Origin: Fidelibacterota bacterium
GTDB lineage: Bacteria > Fidelibacterota > Marinisomatia > Marinisomatales > TCS55
Assembly (NCBI GenBank): GCA_027251445.1
Contig: JAPNQO010000079.1
Coordinates: forward strand, 46,348-110,347
Length of the DNA: 64,000 nucleotides
Direction: 5' to 3'
A program made the position numbers and the translations under genes. Positions 31,494 through 41,594 of this stretch are shown here, in pieces. The notes below the pieces were generated by a model. The model did not search any database, was not told where the DNA came from, and worked only from the letters and a program-made list of their open reading frames with translations. Position 1 is the stretch's first letter. Each line of letters starts with the position of its first letter.

Positions 31494-32611
31494 CTAAAGT
31501 ATTAGTTTTTTTTCAACATTTATTAAAAAGTTTGTCAATTGTATAGGCATAAATAAATTTTTCTTCGGAGCATTAATAATATCCTCAATCATAAAATTTA
31601 TTTTATCAAATTTTACAATAGGAAATTTTGAATTAAAATTTTCTACATTTTCATTTAATTGTCTAATTGACGAATTTTCATTTTCGAGTATTCTTTTTTT
31701 ACGTGCTAGCTTCAACCAACACTGAATCAAAAATAGATGAAATTCATATTCATTTAAATCTTTTTGAGCCAATCTGCTATATTCCTGAACAAAATTTCTC
31801 CAGTTTTTCTCATTATATATTGTTATTACATTAGTTAACTTTTCAATTAATTGCGTTATGCTCTCAATTCCATTGTCGCATATTTTTTGCGCAAAATGCA
31901 TATTACCTTCGCACATATTGGCAGCAAATACAGCTAATACTTCATCAATCCCATTTGAAGTTAAATAACTGATAATTTTTTCATTTTTAATAGGTGGAAA
32001 ATTTATAATTTGACATCTTGATAAAATTGTTGGAAGCAATTGTCCTTTATAATCAGAAACTAAAATAAATGTAGTGTTTTCAGGAGGCTCTTCTAATATT
32101 TTTAATAATGCATTTGCTGATGAAGCATCTCCGGTGCAGAGCATATGCGCATCAAAAATAAGGATAATCTTTCTTCCTTTATCAATTGATTTTAAGAATA
32201 ATTCTTTTTTCAAATTTCTAATATCACTAATAGGTATAGTTTTTGCTTTTGGAAGAGCAATCTTATAAAAGGGATTATTAGCTTTCAATTTTTTTCATTT
32301 AATAGAATATTTTTTATACCATCTTCAGAAAGCTTTTTACCGCTTGGCGTTGGAATAATTAAGTGAGAGTTTTCATGCTGAAAAGCTAATGACTTTTTGC
32401 AGGAGCCACACACACCGCATGGATGTAATTTTCCATCGTTACAATTTAAATATGCAGAAAACTTTAAAGCTGTTGCCTCTTTCCCAGATCCATTAGGTCC
32501 TAAAAATAAATATGCACTGCCTATACGATTATTCTTTTTTGAAAGAATAATTCTTTCCCATATTGATTTCTGTAAATTAAAATTCATAAATGTCATCTTT
32601 TCATTAACCAT
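31494..32611 (-). CDS. holB: DNA polymerase III delta-prime, split in two frames (32285..32611 and 31494..32288) at an A7 run
   Basis: N-part AYLFLGPNGSGK and CxxC Zn module; C-part ANALLKILEEPP and LLPTILSRCQ; frames join by a -1 shift at 32289-32295. Confidence 0.85.
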
Positions 32612-33789
32612 TTTTCTGGATTTAACTTTTGTCCATTACCCCATATTTCAAAATGCAACTTTGATCCTTCAATGGAGCCAGCATCACCCATATATGCTAT
32701 TATATCACCAGCTTGAACTTCTACTCCTTCATTAGCTTCTACATTTGTAATATGGCTATATACAGTATAGAAACCTCCACCATGATCAATAATTAATGTA
32801 GTACCATAACCTCTTATATATGTTATGGTTGTTACAATCCCTCCAATAATTGACCTTACAGGGGACCCAGGTTTCCCTTTAATATCTATACCAGGGTTTT
32901 CTGTAGTTGTCTTTCTCTCAGGGTTCCATGTACGCCCAAATTTTTTCACTACTCTTCCACTTGCAGGCCAAGGTAATTGTCCTTTAAGCTTTCCAAATAC
33001 TTGTGTTTTTAATGCAACTTGTTGTTTCTTTATTCGATCGGCTCTTTCATAACTGGATTTTTCTTGTCGAATTTTTTTAAGTAATGCTTCTAATTCTTGC
33101 ATACCAGCTTGTTTCTCTTCAAGATATTTTGTTAACTCAGATTGATTCTTTCTAATTTTATTTAATTCATTTTGACGTTTTTTTCTACTTGCTCTTAAAG
33201 CAACCTTACTTTCTTCTTGATCTTTTTTTAATCTAACTTTATTTCTATAATTTGACTCTAATGATATTCTCTGCTTACCTATATCAATTAATAATGATTT
33301 TATTTTATTTTGAGTCCTTTGGTCAATATCTGAAATAATACCCATATATTTTGCACGATAAATTGCTTGTCTCCAAGATGATGAACTCAATAGCTTTTCT
33401 ATATCTGATAAAGTCCCTTTTTTATACATCTGAATAATTCTTTGAGAATATCTTTTTCGTAATTTGGATAATTGACGCTCATTAGCTTGAATCCCTTTTG
33501 ATATGTTATCTATTTCAATCTCTGTTTTGTTTAGTTCATTTTTGAGCTGATTAAACAACTTATTTGTTAGTGAAATTTCCTTATCAATATTAGATAGTCG
33601 TCGAGATGTGCTTTTTTCTCTTTTCTTTTCTGATTTTATCTTTCTTCTTGTCTCTTCAATTTCTTTCTTAACCTTATCAATTGCGCCTGATTGATAATTT
33701 AATTCAGTATCAAAATCTCGTCTATCATCTTGCGCGTAACTGTTATAATTGATAATAACAGTAATTATTAATAAAAATCGTAAAAGCAT
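32593..33789 (-). CDS. envC: Murein hydrolase activator EnvC-like (coiled coil + M23)
   Basis: Signal peptide, long coiled coil, KGQLPWPASG, NPGIDI, LHFEIW. Confidence 0.85.
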   Translation of the reverse strand: MLLRFLLIITVIINYNSYAQDDRRDFDTELNYQSGAIDKVKKEIEETRRKIKSEKKREKSTSRRLSNIDKEISLTNKLFNQLKNELNKTEIEIDNISKGIQANERQLSKLRKRYSQRIIQMYKKGTLSDIEKLLSSSSWRQAIYRAKYMGIISDIDQRTQNKIKSLLIDIGKQRISLESNYRNKVRLKKDQEESKVALRASRKKRQNELNKIRKNQSELTKYLEEKQAGMQELEALLKKIRQEKSSYERADRIKKQQVALKTQVFGKLKGQLPWPASGRVVKKFGRTWNPERKTTTENPGIDIKGKPGSPVRSIIGGIVTTITYIRGYGTTLIIDHGGGFYTVYSHITNVEANEGVEVQAGDIIAYMGDAGSIEGSKLHFEIWGNGQKLNPEKWLMKR

Positions 33790-33856
33790 AGCATATGAAA
33801 GTACCTAGTAGACTAAAATCTATCCAAAGGGTTTTAATAATCAATTTAAGAGTAAT

Positions 33857-33888
33857 CTTGACAACGCTAAAGATACTGTCTATTTTTC
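33857..33888 (+). promoter_or_regulatory. Putative promoter TTGACA-N17-TATTTT
   Basis: Perfect -35 hexamer at 33858-33863, 17-nt spacer, TAnnnT at 33881-33886, about 30 nt before the CDS. Confidence 0.55.
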
Positions 33889-33916
33889 TATTCAATAAAA
33901 TTGCGAGGTAACTGAT

Positions 33917-34429
33917 TTGAAAAACGCATATTGGAATAATATTTTCACTAATTGGGGAAAAGAAGAAAGTGAAAATGTAACAATAATTAAAAAAATACCT
34001 ATTTTTGCTAATCTAAATCATAAAGAATTAGAGGAGGTTAGTAAACTACTTCACGATAGAGTTTATAAACCAGATGAATATGTATTTAAGAGACATGCTC
34101 CTGGAGAAGGAATGTTTATTATTCATTCGGGTATGGTAAATATTATAGTGGGAGAAGCAAGTGGAAATTCTCAGGTATTAGCCGAATTATCTAATGGAGA
34201 CTTTTTTGGAGAAATGGCCTTATTGGAAGATGAGGTACGTTCTGCAGCTGCATTAGCAAAAGATCATTCAAAACTTTTAGGATTTTTTAGACCTGATTTA
34301 GAGGCTTTAATTGAAGTAAACCCATCATTAGGAAACAAAATTTTACAAAATCTTTCCAAAGCAGTATGTATGAGACTTAGAACAACAAATGAATTACTAA
34401 TGGAAAAACAAATAAATAATAAATCATGA
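33917..34429 (+). CDS. Stand-alone cyclic nucleotide-binding domain protein
   Basis: KKIPIFANL, PGEGMFIIHSGMV, GDFFGEMALL...RSAAA. Confidence 0.88.
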   Translation: MKNAYWNNIFTNWGKEESENVTIIKKIPIFANLNHKELEEVSKLLHDRVYKPDEYVFKRHAPGEGMFIIHSGMVNIIVGEASGNSQVLAELSNGDFFGEMALLEDEVRSAAALAKDHSKLLGFFRPDLEALIEVNPSLGNKILQNLSKAVCMRLRTTNELLMEKQINNKS

Positions 34430-35544
34430 ATGATGATAAAAATTACATTCAATTAATATACAGATTAATTGTTACAGTTCTTTTATTTGCTTTCTTAACA
34501 ATAATATGGCCATATATCTCATCTGTTGTTACTATGCTAATTTTTGCATTCCTATTTACTACAATTTTACTTCCCTTAGTTGATCAATTAGATAGTAGAA
34601 TAAAATCTAGGGGAATTAGTATAGTTGTGGTGACGATTAGCTTAATAACTACAATAATTATATTCTTAAAGGGTTTTGCCTCTGGAATGCTAGGTCAAGC
34701 TCGTGAATTTTCTAAGCAGATTGGGACTAAAGGATATGATGATAATCTAAATTCTTTAGCTATAAAACTTGAATCATATCTAGATAAATATATTAATGTT
34801 CCAGATATTGATTCATCAAATTTCGTTTCGAAAATTAATGGTATGGTTGGTGAAATTATACAAAATTTAATGTCATTAGCTGGGGCTATTGGAGGGTTTA
34901 TTTTTACTTCAGTTATGGTGCTCATATTCACCATTATCCTTTTATCAAATTATCATGAATTTAAAAAATCAATTGTTCAATTTATTCCTAACAAATATTT
35001 TGAGATGGGACTGAGAGTAATTTTTAATATCGAAAGACAAGTTTCAAAATATCTACAAGGTCAACTATTAGCAGCTTCCAGTGTGGCTCTAATGTCTTTC
35101 ATTGGTTTATCTATATTAAATATAATTGGAGCTAATTTGACTCTTGTCATTTTCATTGCAATTATTGCTGGTCTTGCAAACCTAATCCCATTAGTTGGTC
35201 CATTTGCAGGAATGTTACCTGCAATTTTAGTAGCAGTAATGAATAATATTGGTTCTGATCAAGCATTAAACCACCAAATATTAAGCACTATACCATCACC
35301 TTTTTATATTTTCGATATTATTATTATGTTTCTTATTGTACAACAAATTGATAATAATATTGTAACCCCTATTTTAATTGGAGAAAGTGTTGGGCTACAT
35401 CCATTGATTGTTATGGTTTCTTTGCTTATTGGGGGAACGTTAATTGGGCCAATTGGCATGTTGCTTGCTGTCCCTGCGGCTGGGATTCTTAAAGTCGTTG
35501 GTGTAGAAATTATGTTTTTAAAAAGGAATGCTCATTTATTATGA
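34426..35544 (+). CDS. AI-2E family transporter
   Basis: YLQGQL, ANLIPLVGP, QQIDNNIVTPILIGESVGLHP, GMLLAVP. Confidence 0.9.
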   Translation: MNDDKNYIQLIYRLIVTVLLFAFLTIIWPYISSVVTMLIFAFLFTTILLPLVDQLDSRIKSRGISIVVVTISLITTIIIFLKGFASGMLGQAREFSKQIGTKGYDDNLNSLAIKLESYLDKYINVPDIDSSNFVSKINGMVGEIIQNLMSLAGAIGGFIFTSVMVLIFTIILLSNYHEFKKSIVQFIPNKYFEMGLRVIFNIERQVSKYLQGQLLAASSVALMSFIGLSILNIIGANLTLVIFIAIIAGLANLIPLVGPFAGMLPAILVAVMNNIGSDQALNHQILSTIPSPFYIFDIIIMFLIVQQIDNNIVTPILIGESVGLHPLIVMVSLLIGGTLIGPIGMLLAVPAAGILKVVGVEIMFLKRNAHLL

Positions 35545-35545
35545 T

Positions 35546-37375
35546 TTATTCAATTTTAAACAACTTATAATCAAAAAAAGATAGCTCTAAATTTTTATCA
35601 TCATTTACACGATATAACCAAAGTTGCGCATCTTTTCCATGGATATTATGCTCATGGACAATCTCAAAAGGGTTGCCAATTATATCCATTACTTGCGGTA
35701 TTGTCATACCAATTTTAATTGAAGCACTATTTAATTTTATCCGTCGATATCTTTCTTCTTCCATTCTTTTATCAATACCATATCTAATAGATAAATTTTC
35801 AATAATTGATAAACGTTTTTTTAACTCTTTATATATTTTTTCATTAATTGGGCCTAACCCGCTCAATTTTTTAGCTTCTTCCAAACTAATTATGGCTAAC
35901 TTAATCTCTTCGGGATTTTTTATATCTTTAACATCATCAACCATCATGGCAGCTATTTGTATTCGATATGCATTTATTCGCCTATTAAATAATGGGTATT
36001 TAATTAATGCATCATTAATTAATTGAAGAGCTTTATCATAGAATCGATATTTTAATGCTGTATCTGCTTTCCCAATCATAATCTCAGCTTCTAATCTTGG
36101 CATTTCTTTCTTTACTTCATTTGAAAAAGTCACAGTTTTATTTAATAAGGACATAGCTTCAATATATTTTCCTCTATTTATTAACACCTCTGCATACTGT
36201 ATTCTAGAGCTAGCTATTTTCCGTAGATGTGAACTTACTTCAATAGATAATGTTGAATCAGCATTTTGTAATGATGATATATACCTATCAACGGCTTTAT
36301 CTATCATTCCATTATTCTCAAACTGTAAGCCTTCTTTAAAAAGTTGATATGGAATTTTTTCTAATGAGAGTTTATGATACATCTTTGCTCTATGTAGATT
36401 ACTATGAGTTTGGTTCTCATTAATAAACTCCCCAAAGATTCTTTTTGATTCAATAAAATCTCCTCTGTAATAGTATTCTTTTGCATTATCACCTTTCGAT
36501 AATTCTCCCCCATAAAATGCACCAATAGTAAGGTAAATTCCGTAATCTTGAAGATCAAAACGATTAATAGGCGTAATATCGTTAGGATCATCTATATTCT
36601 TAATTTTTACATAAGAATGTTTTAAATCTAGACCAACAGAAAATCTATAATTTTTATCTGAATCAAAAATATATCTTAATCCAATTGAATATGAAGTAGA
36701 AGGGCCCCATCCAACAGGATTATCATCATTTGATCCTGAATTAAAATAAAACTTTGATCTTGCTAAGCCCCATGTATATCTAATATTTAAATAAAATTGT
36801 TCAAACCATTGCAAAATTAAAGCATGGCTTAAGCTAAATTCAGAAAGTTTTGGTGAAAACTTTCTATTTATATTCCAATTAGGATTAATATTGCCCCATT
36901 GATTCATTGGGATTGTATCTGGGAAAAAAAGATTTGAATATCGATAGTTAATTCCTGTATTCATGTCTAACCAACTAGTATTTAATGTCAAATTAGATAA
37001 GTTTAGTTTTAGCATGTCAATATCTAGCTGGTGGCCAAATTTGGCAATTTTTTTTCCTGCATTAAAATGACTTCCCACATTTTCGTCATACTTTATCCAA
37101 CTTGTAGGCATATTTTGACCATAACTACCTGCTCCACCTGTAAAGCTTAATCCATAACGTAATTCAAGTGGAATAAAAGTTATTGGATGATGAAATTCTC
37201 TGGGATGTAATATTCTATCTTTCCAATATCCTGGCTCATATTGAATCTTTGGCCTTGGGCTAATATTAATCAACCCCCACATATATGACTTAACTGAATC
37301 CGTAGCTGCCGAGTCAGCAATAACTTGTGATATGTGGCTGCAAATTAGAATAATGTATAAAATTCGTAATTGCAT
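35546..37375 (-). CDS. Hypothetical exported protein: beta-strand-rich N-half, TPR-like helices, C-terminal SmpA/BamE-like motif
   Basis: Signal peptide; amphipathic strands (YLNIRYTWG, YSIGLRYIF, FSVGLDLKHSY); IKIGMTIPQVMDIIGNP. Confidence 0.6.
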   Translation of the reverse strand: MQLRILYIILICSHISQVIADSAATDSVKSYMWGLINISPRPKIQYEPGYWKDRILHPREFHHPITFIPLELRYGLSFTGGAGSYGQNMPTSWIKYDENVGSHFNAGKKIAKFGHQLDIDMLKLNLSNLTLNTSWLDMNTGINYRYSNLFFPDTIPMNQWGNINPNWNINRKFSPKLSEFSLSHALILQWFEQFYLNIRYTWGLARSKFYFNSGSNDDNPVGWGPSTSYSIGLRYIFDSDKNYRFSVGLDLKHSYVKIKNIDDPNDITPINRFDLQDYGIYLTIGAFYGGELSKGDNAKEYYYRGDFIESKRIFGEFINENQTHSNLHRAKMYHKLSLEKIPYQLFKEGLQFENNGMIDKAVDRYISSLQNADSTLSIEVSSHLRKIASSRIQYAEVLINRGKYIEAMSLLNKTVTFSNEVKKEMPRLEAEIMIGKADTALKYRFYDKALQLINDALIKYPLFNRRINAYRIQIAAMMVDDVKDIKNPEEIKLAIISLEEAKKLSGLGPINEKIYKELKKRLSIIENLSIRYGIDKRMEEERYRRIKLNSASIKIGMTIPQVMDIIGNPFEIVHEHNIHGKDAQLWLYRVNDDKNLELSFFDYKLFKIE

Positions 37376-37534
37376 GTTATGGAAAAATAACCGTTAGATA
37401 CTGTTGTTTGCAAGTGTAAGCTATTAAATCAGTTATATATACCATTTTATATAAATTGTAATATGACAATTATATGTTGGAACATAATTTATTTGTTACC
37501 ATTGAAAAATATATTAGAGTATTAGATTACAATT

Positions 37535-38185
37535 ATGAAAAATATATATATCAAGTTAATAATGATATCATTTGTAAATATTATTTATGGACAAATTTTT
37601 TCCATATCTCGTGTACATTATGGTGGCGGAGGTGATTGGTATAGTAACCCATCTAGCATTCCTAATTTGCTTAATTATTTAACAATAAATACTAAAATAA
37701 AAGCTAATAAAGAAGAAAATAGAATAAAACTATCTGATCAAGAGCTGAGAGCTCATCCATATTTATACTTAACTGGGCATGGAAATATTAGATTAAATGA
37801 CGAAGAAATTATTGCTCTTAGAGATCATTTATTAAATGGTGGATTTTTACACGCTGATGATAATTATGGGTTAGATAAATCATTTCGTCGTGAGATGAAA
37901 CGTGTATTCCCAAATAAAGATTTTGTAGAAATTCCACATTATCATCGTGTATTTCAGTCATTTTTTGATATGCCAAATGGACTTCCAAAAATACATGAAC
38001 ATGATGGCAAACCTCCTCAACTATTTGGCTTATTTGATGAAAAAAGAATTATAGTATTATATTCTTATGAATCCGATTTAGGAGATGGGTGGGAAGATGA
38101 AGAAGTTCATAATAACCCAACAGAAACTAGATTAAATGCACTTAAGATGGGTGTCAATATTATATATTTTGCTTTAACTCAATAG
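37535..38185 (+). CDS. DUF4159 family protein
   Basis: YGGGGDWY, PYLYLTGHG, GGFLHADDNYG, PKIHEHDG, SDLGDGWE, ALKMGVNI. Confidence 0.85.
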   Translation: MKNIYIKLIMISFVNIIYGQIFSISRVHYGGGGDWYSNPSSIPNLLNYLTINTKIKANKEENRIKLSDQELRAHPYLYLTGHGNIRLNDEEIIALRDHLLNGGFLHADDNYGLDKSFRREMKRVFPNKDFVEIPHYHRVFQSFFDMPNGLPKIHEHDGKPPQLFGLFDEKRIIVLYSYESDLGDGWEDEEVHNNPTETRLNALKMGVNIIYFALTQ

Positions 38186-38186
38186 T

Positions 38187-41100
38187 ATGCAGACAATCTC
38201 AGATCATTTAAAAAGAATACGTAAAGAAGCAGTTCAGAACGACTTCATAACATTTGCATGGGTAATGTATTCGGCAATTCTAATAGTATTCTTTACTGCA
38301 ATTGGATATGAAGCTATTTTTTATTTGTCAAGCACAATACGGTTATTAATATTGAAAATACTTTTTGTCTTATGTATGATGACTATTTTTCTTGTAGTAA
38401 TCATTAATGTTTTAATAGAACAAAACAAAATTAAACGTTATGCTTGGGCCCAGCTTGCTCGCGCAGCAGGGAAATTGGCTTTCCCAAAAAGTGACGTCGT
38501 TATTAATGCGTTTCAATTAGAAAATTCAGAAAATTCTATAGAATCAAATTCATTAAGTAACACTTATATCAATAGTATATCAAAAAAACTAAATCGTTTA
38601 AACCTTAAAAAACTATTTCCAACAAGGATATCTGAATTATGGAAAAAAGTTGCATTAATAATTCTTTCTTTAGGAATGATAATGATAGCTATTTTTTGGA
38701 ATTATACAACAAATGCAATGATTCGTTGGGGGCACCCATCCTATGAATTTGAAGTTCCAAAGCCTTTTTACATTGAAGGCATTACAAGAAATATTCATTT
38801 ACTTGGAGGAGGATCAAGCCCTCTAAATTTTGAAGCTTTTGGGATAACGCCAGATTCTATTTTTTTAGAGCTTATACCAAGCTCAAATGATACATCTGTT
38901 TTATTTATTATGAATAAAGATTCAAATGGAATCTACTCTCACGTAATCGACGAAGTTTACGAGGATTATAGATATAGAGCAATTTCACCATCAGAACATT
39001 TTTGGCAAGCATGGGAAAAAGTTGCTACACCTTATTATTACATATCCGTAACAGATAGACCAATTATGGAAGAATTTTCAATAAAGATTTCTCCTCCTAA
39101 ATATTCTGGTCTACCAATAAGTATTCAAAAGGGAAATCAATCAGATGTAAGAGCACTTAAAGGATCATCAATTAGAATCGATTTAAAAAGTAATAGAAAA
39201 TTAAAAAATGGCTTTTTAAATCTAGATAATCAAAAAACACCTTTAAAAATCCGAGGTAAACGGGCTGCTGGTGGGTTTGTTTTTAAAGAAGATGCATTAT
39301 TAAAAATATTATTAGAAGACCATCGTGGTATAACTAATCAAAATCCTATTCCATATCATTTGCAAATGATACCTGATCTCAAGCCTGAAATGAGCATAAT
39401 TCAACCCGAACCAATTATAGAGCTCGGCACGGAACAACTTATACCTATTCAAATAAAGATCGAAGACGATTTCGGATTTAGTACTCTACAAATAGGATAT
39501 GAAATTAAACGTCCAAGTTATATAAATGATAAATCTCAAATATCTATTTTCCCTATTTATATTTCTGATCCAATGGTTCTTTCCCAAGAAATAAAGAGTG
39601 TTTGGAGACTAAATGATTATGGTTTGATGCCTGAAGATGAAGTGCATTACCATTTTGAATTGTATGATAACGATAACATTTCAGGCCCAAAGAAATCAAT
39701 ATCTAGCACGTTTATAGCCCGGCTCCCATCCTTAGGAGATTTGTTTGCATCAATCGAAGAAGAAGAAGAAAAGATGGTGGATGATTTGATTATTAGATCA
39801 AATGAAATAGATAAGATACAAGATCAATTACACAATCTCGAATTAGAAATGCTGAAATCAGATAAAATTGATTGGGCGCAGAAACAGCAAATAGAAGAAA
39901 CATTATCAAAAATTAAAAAAGAAACAGAAGCCTTAAAAAATATTGCAGAATCAATGGATGCAATTAATCAAGCAGCAGAGAAGCATAAATTATTCCCAGA
40001 TGATCTAATGAATAAGTTTTCTGAACTACGTGAATTAATAAATGAAATACTTGACCCTGCTTTAATGACTGATCTCGATGACCTAAAAGAAGCATTAGAT
40101 AAAATGAATATGAAAGATTTAATGGAAGCAATGAAAAGTTTGTCTTCCAACCTAGATAATGTAGAACAACAGCTAGATCGTTTTTTAGATATTTTTAAAA
40201 GAATAAAGGCGGAACAAAAATTAAATGAAACAACACAAAGATTAAATGATCTAGTGGAGCAGCAACAACAAATTAATGAAAAGATTCAAAACATTGATTC
40301 TAAATCCGATAAAAATACACTAGAGCAGTTAAGCTTTGATGAAAAACGTAATAGTAATGAATATTCTAATATTAGAGAAATAATGAAAGAAGCATCTAAA
40401 GCAATGGAAGAATTTGATAAAGAAACTGCTCAAAGATTGGATGATCTTGAGAGTAGTCGTATTTCAAACCAAACTGAATCATTGATGAATCAAACTATAA
40501 AACAGCTTCAAAAGAATCGTTCAGAGACTGCAAAACAAAAAAGTGAATCTGCATTACAAAATCTTAAGAAAATTCAATCTGATATAAATGAAATACAAAA
40601 TCAATTTCAAAAGAATACTACGAAAGAAATGGCTTCAAAATTTCAGAAGATTATGAAAGATCTACTTGAACTATCTAAAATTCAGGAATCTTTAGAAAAA
40701 GAAACAAGATCAATGCCTAGAAATTCTCAAAGATTAGGAGAAATAGCTGGAAAACAACAATTTATTCAAGATCAACTAATTAAAGTTATTTCTGAATTGC
40801 TGGAACTTTCTAAAGAAACATTTGCTGTTACACCAAAAATTGGACAAGGTATTGGAATGGCAAATAATCGTATGGAGAAAGCAAAGAAAAAATTAGCAGA
40901 AAGAAATGGTAGAGGAGCAGCAAATGATCAAAAATCTGCAATGGAGGGGTTAAACTCATCTATATTAGCAGTTTCACAATCAATGAACCAAATGCAATCA
41001 TCAGGTTCAGCAAGTGGGTTTGAGCAATTCTTAAAACGTATGCAACAAATATCTGATCAGCAACAGGGCATAAATAATGAAAGTATGCAATTAGCTTTAG

Positions 41101-41594
41101 GTCAGCTATCTGCTTCTTTAAAAGAAGGTCTTATGGGGAGGATGCTTAGTCAACAACAACAAGTTCAAAAAAGTCTGCAGCAGCTAATCAATGAAAGTAA
41201 AAAATCAGGGAAAGATGGTCTAGGGGATCTGAATAGAATTTCCAAAGATATTGAAGATGTAATAACCGATTTTCAAAATAGAAGATATAATCAACAAACT
41301 AAGAAAAAACAACGGCGAATACTATCTAGAATGCTCGATAGCCAAAAGTCTCTAACTCAAAGAGGATTAAAAGAAGAGAGAAAAGCAGAAATAGCATCCG
41401 AAATCATTTACGAAGGACCCTCTGGGCTACCTCTAGATTACGGACAAAGAAGAAATATTGCCATGGAGGCATTAAATCAATCATTAAAAGCAGGCTATTC
41501 TCGTGACTATCAAACAATGATACGAAGATATTTCAATTCATTAAGTAAAATTGAACAAACTAGCGCTAAAAAAGATACTATAATTAATGAATAA
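38187..41594 (+). CDS. DUF4175-like large membrane-anchored protein (TMs, Ig-like domains, Q/E/M-rich coiled coil)
   Basis: N-terminal TMs, PPKYSGLP, EDDFG, YDNDNISGPK, long helical C-half ending YQTMIRRYFNSL. Confidence 0.7.
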   Translation: MQTISDHLKRIRKEAVQNDFITFAWVMYSAILIVFFTAIGYEAIFYLSSTIRLLILKILFVLCMMTIFLVVIINVLIEQNKIKRYAWAQLARAAGKLAFPKSDVVINAFQLENSENSIESNSLSNTYINSISKKLNRLNLKKLFPTRISELWKKVALIILSLGMIMIAIFWNYTTNAMIRWGHPSYEFEVPKPFYIEGITRNIHLLGGGSSPLNFEAFGITPDSIFLELIPSSNDTSVLFIMNKDSNGIYSHVIDEVYEDYRYRAISPSEHFWQAWEKVATPYYYISVTDRPIMEEFSIKISPPKYSGLPISIQKGNQSDVRALKGSSIRIDLKSNRKLKNGFLNLDNQKTPLKIRGKRAAGGFVFKEDALLKILLEDHRGITNQNPIPYHLQMIPDLKPEMSIIQPEPIIELGTEQLIPIQIKIEDDFGFSTLQIGYEIKRPSYINDKSQISIFPIYISDPMVLSQEIKSVWRLNDYGLMPEDEVHYHFELYDNDNISGPKKSISSTFIARLPSLGDLFASIEEEEEKMVDDLIIRSNEIDKIQDQLHNLELEMLKSDKIDWAQKQQIEETLSKIKKETEALKNIAESMDAINQAAEKHKLFPDDLMNKFSELRELINEILDPALMTDLDDLKEALDKMNMKDLMEAMKSLSSNLDNVEQQLDRFLDIFKRIKAEQKLNETTQRLNDLVEQQQQINEKIQNIDSKSDKNTLEQLSFDEKRNSNEYSNIREIMKEASKAMEEFDKETAQRLDDLESSRISNQTESLMNQTIKQLQKNRSETAKQKSESALQNLKKIQSDINEIQNQFQKNTTKEMASKFQKIMKDLLELSKIQESLEKETRSMPRNSQRLGEIAGKQQFIQDQLIKVISELLELSKETFAVTPKIGQGIGMANNRMEKAKKKLAERNGRGAANDQKSAMEGLNSSILAVSQSMNQMQSSGSASGFEQFLKRMQQISDQQQGINNESMQLALGQLSASLKEGLMGRMLSQQQQVQKSLQQLINESKKSGKDGLGDLNRISKDIEDVITDFQNRRYNQQTKKKQRRILSRMLDSQKSLTQRGLKEERKAEIASEIIYEGPSGLPLDYGQRRNIAMEALNQSLKAGYSRDYQTMIRRYFNSLSKIEQTSAKKDTIINE

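Noticed and set aside
32285..32287. TGA in holB as selenocysteine or stop readthrough
   Set aside because: The downstream homology is in the -1 frame, so readthrough would not restore the protein; TGA is used as a normal stop elsewhere
37454..37471. Imperfect palindrome AATTGTAATATGACAATT (approximate position) in the divergent promoter region
   Set aside because: Very AT-rich, imperfect, no second copy and no regulator gene nearby
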